A DNA stretch of 63,907 bases, counting the filler, from Craspedostauros australis (taxonomy: Eukaryota), in the NCBI GenBank assembly GCA_030167865.1. It is 11 parts of 11 records of this genome, joined end to end, with 100 filler letters (N's around TTAATTAATTAA, not from the genome) between each part and the next. Parts side by side here need not be neighbours in the genome. Positions count along the whole stretch, not along the records: positions 53,900 to 62,311 come from JALAGF010002701.1; positions 62,412 to 63,907 come from JALAGF010002702.1; 9 more parts are not named here. One strand, given 5' to 3'. Every line of letters begins with the position of its first letter. The stretch's first letter is position 1. A program made the translations under genes and the position numbers. Below are positions 56,273 to 63,907 of the stretch, piece after piece. The notes under the pieces were generated by a model that was not told where the DNA came from, made no database searches, and saw nothing but the letters and a program-made list of their open reading frames with translations.

Positions 56273-58966
56273 ATGATCTACATCAAGGCATACTTCATCG
56301 CGTTTCTCGCTCTCGCCAACACACCATCAGCCCGCGCCATGCTCCGTGGCAGCAGCAACCTCGTGGACCCAACAGAGGAACTCCACACCATGATGAAGAA
56401 GACTCGCATCCTGAAGAACGACAACGGTGCCGCGAAAACTAACAAAGGCAACAAGAACAACCTCGTGCCACCTACCGACAACCCAGATGACCCAGAAACA
56501 ACTGCGCCAACTGCATTACCCACTGGGCCACCGACTGCCAGCCCAACTGCCACCATTCCCACGCACCCACCAACCTCGTCTCCCACAGATGAAGTGACCG
56601 GACCGCCAACGGGATCTCCAACTGAGACGCCCTCAATGCCGCCCGTCGCCCAGACAGAAGCTGACCCAGCCATCTTCGATTCCACCATCTCGGTTGTCTG
56701 CAAGCCAGACGGTGACACCTTCCTCACACAACAAGAAGCAAGTGCCAAGACTATCATCTGCAACTCTGCCAAGCCATCCTGCCGCGAGGCCGTCACTGCC
56801 GTGAAGGAATCTGCGGGGCTGCAGAACTTCTTCGCATGCGCAGGAGACCTTGGCGAAGGAGCAGCACGCAAGCTCTTCAACAAGTACGCGTCCAACGATA
56901 TGCTCGCTGGTCAACTCACGACGATCGCCTCCACCAGCGCGATCCTCGTCACCGAACGACCAGATGCAATAAACGCAGCATGCGCGGCCATCGCGGCGAT
57001 GCAATCGCCTCGTGTCGCCACCCCATGCTGCCAAGGATCCTCGGGATGCACCTCAGTCACTGGTTCTGCCTCCAACTCTCCTCCATTCATGACCATCGCC
57101 ATCACCGCATGCACCGGCGACAGTGCCTGCAAGGACATGGGGCCCAATCCCCTCATTCTTGATTCCTCTTGCACTGGAGACAGCGCATGTGAGTTGATGA
57201 ATGAGAATGAGATCAATCCCTTCATTACAGGAGTCACCTTCGTCGGTGAGATGTCATGCACCACCTCTCAATCTTGTGAGGGAGTGGGACGCCGCTCCCA
57301 TGGTGATGTGACCATCCAAACTGGCGCATGCATCGGATCAGATGCATGCAATGCAGCTGGACGTCGCGTCAAACAGTCAGCACCATCCTTTCGCTTCCGC
57401 AGTCACATCGACATCGGAATGAATGCTTGCATTGGTAGCAATGCCTGCAAGGATGCCCATTCCACTGTCAACCATGGTACTGCTGGCAAGTATGCAGGAA
57501 GTCTGACCGTTGGCGATGGTGGCTGTGCCGCCGATGGGTCATGCGAAAAGATGGGCTTCAACGATCTGATGAAGACGGACATCATTGTCCCTCCTGGTGG
57601 ATGCGGCGATGCCGAAGGCTGCAGGGGATGCATGACGAAGACGGAGTGCAGCGCTGATGAGGTGTACCTGATCAGTGACGTTGATGGTGCCTGTCCCAAG
57701 GGAGGCAGGGACACCAACTGCAATCCAACGGGGGACAAGGTGGATGAGTATTGTGTTGGTAAGGACACGTTGCCAACAGAGTGTCCGACATTCTTTCCGA
57801 CCCCTTTCCCGACACCTACAACATCAGCTCCAACCAGCGATCCAACATTAGCTCCAACATCAGCTCCACCACCGGCTCCAACGTCAGCCCCTACGTCAGC
57901 CCCTACGTCAGCCCCTACGTCAGCCCCTACGTCAGCGCCGACTGTATCATCCTTTACCGTGGGATGTCTTCGAGAACCTGGCAATGGCTCGTCAACCTTC
58001 AATCAGGTTGAAGGGAACGTCTTCTGCGATGGCTCATCAGACACGTGCGCAAACTTTATCTCCATGGTCAATGCTCTTGATGTGGAGAAGCAACGGATGA
58101 TCAAGAGCATCTTCGGATGCAATGGGGACACGCGCCCTGTTGGGGTGGGAAGGGCACAAAGGCGGTTCGACAAAATCAAGAACGACGCGGACGTCACCAA
58201 AGCATTGTTGGACACAGTGGCAACCAAGAGGCTCTTCACTGGTCAATGGTCCAAAGTTGATGCCGCGTGTGGCAATGACTGCTGCACGGGCATCATACCT
58301 TGCTTCAGTACTGGCGCGATAACGGTGAGCGAGGGGTCTTGCACTGGGGATGCTGCCTGCGGACTTATACCTCCCGAGACAATTGTACTTGACAGCTGCA
58401 AGGGTGCCAACGCCTGCCAATTCTTGGGCAAGTTCTTCCCAGAACAGCCAGCTTCGACTGTCGAAGTCGGGCACAGGGTGATTGGACCAAGAGCTTGCGA
58501 GAAAAAGAAGAGTTGTATCAACGCTGGAGAAAATGTGTATGGCAACATCCGAGTGGGAGAACGAGCATGCAGTGGAAAAAAGGCATGTTTCCATCTTGGC
58601 GGACGCGCCAACCAACACTCTACTACGACGCCAACCGTGGCAAACATCCTCGTTGGAAAGAATGCATGCAACGGAGACAGTGTTTGCGAAGGTTTGCATC
58701 GACGAGACTGGAGTTCAGAAACTGCAGGAAGTTTGGTTGTTGAGGAGGATGCATGCCGCGGGGAAGAGGTTTGCCGCAAAATCGGCAACAACAAGGGTGC
58801 AAACATTGACATAATCATCCGGAAGGGAGTCTGCACGACAAGCGCTACTTGTAAAAACTGTGCCAGAGCAGAACTGTGTGCTGGAGATCCCACAAAGACG
58901 TACGTGATCGACAGCGCAGGCACAGACTGCCCCGGACCAAGCCAAGATGCCTGTGAAGCCCTTTAA
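56273..58966 (+). CDS. Secreted Cys/Gly-rich repeat protein with Pro/Thr linkers, putative cell-surface/cell-wall protein (897 aa)
   Basis: Signal peptide, then an LRG...RIL pro-peptide-like segment and a PT-rich stalk. Two homologous modules are built of (I/V)GxxACxGxxAC repeats and separated by (PTSA)n. Confidence 0.85.
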   Translation: MIYIKAYFIAFLALANTPSARAMLRGSSNLVDPTEELHTMMKKTRILKNDNGAAKTNKGNKNNLVPPTDNPDDPETTAPTALPTGPPTASPTATIPTHPPTSSPTDEVTGPPTGSPTETPSMPPVAQTEADPAIFDSTISVVCKPDGDTFLTQQEASAKTIICNSAKPSCREAVTAVKESAGLQNFFACAGDLGEGAARKLFNKYASNDMLAGQLTTIASTSAILVTERPDAINAACAAIAAMQSPRVATPCCQGSSGCTSVTGSASNSPPFMTIAITACTGDSACKDMGPNPLILDSSCTGDSACELMNENEINPFITGVTFVGEMSCTTSQSCEGVGRRSHGDVTIQTGACIGSDACNAAGRRVKQSAPSFRFRSHIDIGMNACIGSNACKDAHSTVNHGTAGKYAGSLTVGDGGCAADGSCEKMGFNDLMKTDIIVPPGGCGDAEGCRGCMTKTECSADEVYLISDVDGACPKGGRDTNCNPTGDKVDEYCVGKDTLPTECPTFFPTPFPTPTTSAPTSDPTLAPTSAPPPAPTSAPTSAPTSAPTSAPTSAPTVSSFTVGCLREPGNGSSTFNQVEGNVFCDGSSDTCANFISMVNALDVEKQRMIKSIFGCNGDTRPVGVGRAQRRFDKIKNDADVTKALLDTVATKRLFTGQWSKVDAACGNDCCTGIIPCFSTGAITVSEGSCTGDAACGLIPPETIVLDSCKGANACQFLGKFFPEQPASTVEVGHRVIGPRACEKKKSCINAGENVYGNIRVGERACSGKKACFHLGGRANQHSTTTPTVANILVGKNACNGDSVCEGLHRRDWSSETAGSLVVEEDACRGEEVCRKIGNNKGANIDIIIRKGVCTTSATCKNCARAELCAGDPTKTYVIDSAGTDCPGPSQDACEAL

Positions 58967-59590
58967 TCAGCACATGTACAACTCTAGTGACACATAGAAT
59001 ACTATACACAATGTAATTTCGTTTTCGACGCTCGCGCCGTGTACACGTACTGTCTCTAGTCGCATGGTACTCGTACCATACGTCTCCGAGGCTGTCCATT
59101 CGACAGCTTTCTGCTGGATGATTTTGGTTGGTGCCGTGGTTGCTGGATAGTCACCAAAAATGAAACTGCAAATTGTGAGGCAGTTGCAGGTGTCCAACAT
59201 GTGTACTGCACGACTACCGGCATCTTCCCCTCGCTTCTCGCTTGAAGAGCACAAGACCCAACATTGGAATTAGCTTGCGTCAAAGTTTAGGGTCGAGCCT
59301 GACGTCTGAATGTATGGTATTATCCTCCAGAGACAGTCCCATCAGTTCCAACGCACTCCAAGTCATACTCGCATGGAACCGTACTAATACATTCAGAATC
59401 TGGCTTTCGTCCATTTCTATAGTTGTTATATTTATGAAGATATCTGTCTATCTACCCATTGTCTGTCTCTGTTGTTCTCTTTCATTATGCATGTGTACGA
59501 GGATGTATCATTGCCTTGGGACGCGAAGATTTGTCCTTCTTCTCGACCATATCCTTCCTCCACCGACCCCATCCTGCGTGCCTCTCTCTA

Positions 59591-62311
59591 TCAGGCTGCC
59601 TGGTTGGCTGTTGTGTTGCGGCTTGCAACCCTATCCCCATGAGTCGATGTTGTCATTTGCTGCCACGACGCGGGCATGTTGTGCAAAATCTCCGTCGATT
59701 TCAACGGGTCCGCATCATTCCAGCTCGCCAGGACGTCTTCTGTTTCGTCCGCAGCTGCTGCCTCCAAGGATGCCACCGCCACATACTTGCCCCAATAGTC
59801 CTTCACGATGTCCTCACCACGTTGTTCCCATTCGATGCGGTTGGCCTCCGCGTGGTTCAGGTACTCGTTCGATGTCACACCAAGGACGTTGCAGGCCTTC
59901 AATCTCTTCGCCAATGGAATGACGTAAAAGTCGAAGAACTTCATTTCGCCTTCGTACCAATCCTTCGATGGATCGTGGGCGATGTGCCCATCGCGGAAGG
60001 CCTTGTACATTTCTTGGAACAGCCGCTCGTTCCACTTGATGTACGTGTGCCAATGCTGCATGGTGTGTGCAACATCCGCTCCTTGGAGCAAGTGCTCGTA
60101 CACCACAGTGGCTTGGAGATTGGCTTGGTCGTCCAGATGCGAGGCTGGCGCATGTTTTGGACTGGATGTGCTCGATCTGCTGGTAATGGGCATCGCGGCT
60201 GGCTTGCCCTCCGCAACAGCAGCAGCAGCAGGAGGACCACCGCTTCCAATAGTTGTGGAGGAAGGATTGACGTCGTTGGCGAACGCAGCCTCCCAACGTT
60301 GTCGTCTTGCCCCGTTGAGCTCTTTGTCCATGATGTCCGTGGCCATGACGGCTTGGACGACGAGCTCGCGGAATCGATCCAACTCTGCCTGATCGGTGTA
60401 GATACATGCTCTGAGCTTGGTGAACTGTGGTTCCATCAGCAGATTCCATGCCAAGTCAACGGAATGCTGCTCGGCGATGGACTTGTTGTTGTAGAGCTTG
60501 GCGATGGTGTGCTGATGCTCCGTCAGCGTGGAGTTGGGAACACCGAGATGATCGACGTCGTGCACCAATGCGGAGAAGACGGCCGCGAATTGGACCAACG
60601 GATCGGAACTGAGACCTTCGATGACGGGAAGGTTGGGCTCTTCGAGATCGCCGCTCGAGATGCGCGAGAACAGGATGCGGAGACCCTGCACCACATGGCT
60701 GGCGTGCGCGAAGGAATGGAAGTCGTTCTGACGGTAGAGGCCGGCGACTGTCCTTACGAAGTCGCTCAGCTGCAGCAGGACGTCATGGGAGAGATCGATC
60801 GTCTCCGGATCTTGATGATGGGTGGAGTTGTCCGCCCCGTCTCTGAATGGCAGGAAGTTGCGCACTTCGTCGATGGTCGTCGTTCCAAACGGATGGTCGA
60901 TGTCGAGGTTCTTGATCACAGCAGCGCGGCCAATCCGTCCATCACGTGATGCGACTAGCCTCTTGAGGAGCTGCTCCAGCACCTTCGCATTCCATTCAAC
61001 ATGATGTTCAAGTTCCAATCCACCCATGTTCTTCCTATTCTCCAAAGCTGGATGGATGGCCGATTCGTTGGGGCTGTCCTCGGAGTTTGCATCCGAGAAG
61101 CGATCGTTTGGACTGGAAGCGGAAGACGGTTCGCCCTTCAAGACGCCCCAGTATGTCTTCATCTGACCCTTCCCCTTCGCAGTCACCATATCCTCGCGAG
61201 GACGGACCCAGACACTCTTGCCGTGCTTCACAATCTCATCTGCGGTATCCTGTGACATGTGGATACGATTGGGAGCTCCGGAGCTTTCGACTCGAGCGGC
61301 CGTGTTGACGGTGTCGCCGAAGAGCTGGAATCGTGACTTCTGTCCTCTCAGCACCCCGGCTGTGACAGAACCTGAGTGCATGCCGAATCGCATGGACAGC
61401 TCCGCCGTGTCGGGACCGAGTGAGCCGGCGAGATGATGCACGATGTCGTTCATCTTGGCGAGGCAGTGACGGCAGAAGCGGAACATGACGATGGCATGGT
61501 CATTCCTGGGCTCCGGTAGGCCGCACGCGGCGACGTAGCAGTCGCCGATGGTCTCAACCTTGAAGACCCCCATGCGGACCGCAATCTTGTCGAATGCGTT
61601 GTAGATAGACTCGAGGAGGGTGAAGACTTCGACTGGTTCCCGTGTGCTGGACCATGCCGTGAAACCGACGATGTCGGCGAACAGCACGGTGGCGCTCTCG
61701 AAGAAGTCCGCAATTGGGCTTGAGTGAGAGTTGCCTCCATTTGCAAGTTGCGCCTCGTGGTCGTCGGGATGGCGATGGCCGTTGCCGATGCGGAATGCAT
61801 CCAGCCGCTTGCCTTGATTGGGCTTGGTGGTGTCCGGCCCTTCGTTGTCGAGCAGACGGTCGCGGACATTCTCAGGGAAGAGGCTGCTGACGATGGCGTG
61901 GGACTTGGTGGCCGTGGTCAGCACCTTGTTTTGACGCTTCTCCACCACCTGATCGTACAAGATGAAGAACATTGCTGTCATGAAGAAGATGAGCACCACG
62001 ACGACCGTGTTGATGATGGCTTCGCTGTCCCTGTAGGTGTCGCGGAATTCCGTGGATGGGTAAAGATGGAAGGAGTACGTGCACTCCTCTGTGCTTCGGA
62101 AAGCAGTGAACTTGGTGGAGACCTCCAAGTAGTTGTAGGTCGTCTCATGAAGGTCGCCTGTTCCCAGGTATTCAACCCTGGGTCCATCGATGAGGTAGGT
62201 GAGGGATTGATCGCAGGTATTGCGGACGACCATGTAGATGCCGTCGATGTCTTCAGGGACGAGGTTGAGGAAGTAGTTGTGCCAAGGCATTTGGGCTGTC
62301 AGCTGGCCCAC
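59591..62311 (-). CDS. Second cyclase-phosphodiesterase fusion paralog (5' truncated, no introns in the visible part)
   Basis: TM helix, then cyclase motifs FADIVGFTAWSS, KVETIGDCY and RFQLFGDTVNTAARVE. PDE motifs FHSFAHASHV, VHDVDHLG and QGADVAHTMQHW. Confidence 0.93.
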   Translation of the reverse strand: MGQLTAQMPWHNYFLNLVPEDIDGIYMVVRNTCDQSLTYLIDGPRVEYLGTGDLHETTYNYLEVSTKFTAFRSTEECTYSFHLYPSTEFRDTYRDSEAIINTVVVVLIFFMTAMFFILYDQVVEKRQNKVLTTATKSHAIVSSLFPENVRDRLLDNEGPDTTKPNQGKRLDAFRIGNGHRHPDDHEAQLANGGNSHSSPIADFFESATVLFADIVGFTAWSSTREPVEVFTLLESIYNAFDKIAVRMGVFKVETIGDCYVAACGLPEPRNDHAIVMFRFCRHCLAKMNDIVHHLAGSLGPDTAELSMRFGMHSGSVTAGVLRGQKSRFQLFGDTVNTAARVESSGAPNRIHMSQDTADEIVKHGKSVWVRPREDMVTAKGKGQMKTYWGVLKGEPSSASSPNDRFSDANSEDSPNESAIHPALENRKNMGGLELEHHVEWNAKVLEQLLKRLVASRDGRIGRAAVIKNLDIDHPFGTTTIDEVRNFLPFRDGADNSTHHQDPETIDLSHDVLLQLSDFVRTVAGLYRQNDFHSFAHASHVVQGLRILFSRISSGDLEEPNLPVIEGLSSDPLVQFAAVFSALVHDVDHLGVPNSTLTEHQHTIAKLYNNKSIAEQHSVDLAWNLLMEPQFTKLRACIYTDQAELDRFRELVVQAVMATDIMDKELNGARRQRWEAAFANDVNPSSTTIGSGGPPAAAAVAEGKPAAMPITSRSSTSSPKHAPASHLDDQANLQATVVYEHLLQGADVAHTMQHWHTYIKWNERLFQEMYKAFRDGHIAHDPSKDWYEGEMKFFDFYVIPLAKRLKACNVLGVTSNEYLNHAEANRIEWEQRGEDIVKDYWGKYVAVASLEAAAADETEDVLASWNDADPLKSTEILHNMPASWQQMTTSTHGDRVASRNTTANQAA

Positions 62312-62976
62312 NNNNNNNNNNNNNNNNNNNNNNNNNNNNNNNNNNNNNNNNNNNNTTAATTAATTAANNNNNNNNNNNNNNNNNNNNNNNNNNNNNNNNN
62401 NNNNNNNNNNNAGCGAGAGAGGATCTCGCGTACCGACTCATAGTCGGAGACTGAATCTACGAAACAGATTGAAGCGCCGAGAGCATCGGGCAAGAAAACG
62501 GCGTACACCGAGAGCATCGGAGTAGCCAAGTAATGAAATAGCAAACAGACGACTATCAACCAACACCATCTTCCACAATCGTAGGTTACCGTGAGCGGAA
62601 CTTGCCAACAGTCGACGTCAGTAGGCGTCCTTCTGCTCTCCAGATGTCACGTTCCATTGGTGATGCAGTGCTCTGTCAGATGGTATCGTCATCTCAGGTT
62701 TAGTTGGGAAGTACCTCGAGATTCGCTTGGTACCATACGTTTCCATTGATGGATGGACGGACGATGTTTCTAATTCTCTCAGAAATCGTCGATTGCAAAT
62801 TTCCTCCAGAAATTTTGCTCATTTCCGTGTGTTCCATTTCCTCTGTAATTCTGACGAATCACAGCATACTATTGACACGAATGTAGTTGTACCGTCCAAG
62901 TGCGTATGAGAGAATAACAGGTGAACGATGCACATACACGTACATCTCGACATATGCTCACATGTACGTCTCGACG

Positions 62977-63400
62977 CCCTTCCTGTGTGCATTCGGTCAT
63001 TCGAATGTTCTTGATGTGTCAAGGTACAACTTCTCATGTTCACGTTGTAAGTCAGCCTTGATGTTCTTGGTGAATCCATCGCTTGTGTTCTGCTTGGATT
63101 TGACGAAAATGATTTCGATGGTTTTGTTGATTACCATGTTCCTCACATAGTGATGGCGCACGTCGATGTGCCACGATCGCTGTGATGTTGATGGGTTCTT
63201 GGCGATGAAGATCGCTTCGATGTTGTCCACACGGACCTTGATCGGTGTCTTCACTGGGACGCCCACACTTTCGAGTAGCTGCATGACGAAGAAGATTTCC
63301 TTTGCCGCTTCGGAAAGGGCGATGTATTCTGTTTTGGATGAGCTGAGTGTGACAGCCTTCTGTGGCTTGGATCGCCAAAGGATTGGTACCTTGCACAGGT
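62977..63400 (-). mobile_element. Degenerate Ty1/copia RNase H fragment with PPT AGGAAGGG (62984-62977)
   Basis: YLCKVPILWRSKPQKAVTLSSSKTEYIALSEAAKEI...DNIEAIF...RSWHIDVRHH...NTSDGFTKN. It is of the same broad family as 52723-53179. Confidence 0.85.
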
Positions 63401-63907
63401 ATCCCTTAATGGACCAGCCATAAAGGATCTGTCAGATCCATTATAAAGCCTCCGTGTTAAATTTCTACGACTTTTTCCTACCATGCCCTACGTATGAAAA
63501 CTAGTTCTGTACCTGTCTCTAAACTGGATTTTAGACTGTAATGGTCAGTTCACTTTCGTCNNNNNNNNNNNNNNNNNNNNNNNNNNNNNNNNNNNNNNNN
63601 NNNNNNNNNNNNNNNNNNNNNNNNNNNNNNNNNNNNNNNNNNNNNNNNNNNNNNNNNNNNNNNNNNNNNNNNNNNNNNNNNNNNNNNNNNNNNNNNNNNN
63701 NNNNNNNNNNNNNNNNNNNNNNNNNNNNNNNNNNNNNGTCCCTGCTGATGATCTCCTTGTGATCTTCGAATCTCCCCTCCAACCTCGATCTGGGCAGCTT
63801 TGGAGAGCAGGGGCTCATCCGACTCCTTGTTCGAATGGTGTGTGGGACTCTCTGGTGGCTTGCCCTTGTTGCCATCAAATCTGCTTCATTCCCTTTGCGG
63901 ACCAGAG

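Noticed and set aside
59459..60949. 496-aa plus-strand ORF (likewise 21823-23055, 4889-5809, 30355-31311, 37441-38394, 46232-47110)
   Set aside because: Antisense shadows of real genes, produced by codon bias, with no motifs of their own.
24489..62411. Recurrent TTAATTAATTAA motif between N runs, resembling a dispersed repeat or array
   Set aside because: Artificial six-frame-stop linker used to concatenate contigs. Adjacency across these points has no biological meaning, so no gene cluster can be inferred across them.

Overview
This is eukaryotic DNA, almost certainly from a diatom. The evidence is an ASAFAP plastid presequence at 1-80, GT-AG introns, CoDi-type Ty1/copia fragments and cyclase-phosphodiesterase fusion genes. 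The window is not one locus: it is 11 draft contigs joined by artificial N-TTAATTAATTAA-N linkers. The standout element is a full-length, intact ~9.37 kb non-LTR retrotransposon (1182-10555, minus strand, Ambal-like). It has a 16-bp target-site duplication, a (TTA)4 tail, a 960-aa ORF1, and a 2028-aa APE-RT-RNaseH-CCHC ORF2 coupled to ORF1 by an ATGA overlap. Its 3' end carries two homologous ~80-nt hairpins with compensatory base changes, plus a long-range enclosing stem. Host genes include a 5'-nucleotidase with EF-hands, a cohesin SA/Scc3-like subunit, an RRM-like protein with a probable mitochondrial transit peptide, a Cys-rich membrane protein and an RRM-CCCH3-RRM protein. There are also two receptor-type cyclase-PDE fusions, an LRR surface protein, an ankyrin-coiled-coil-BTB protein and a secreted Cys/Gly-repeat protein. 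Five copia fragments and at least one decayed gene complete the window. All calls come from reading motifs by eye; no database search was run.
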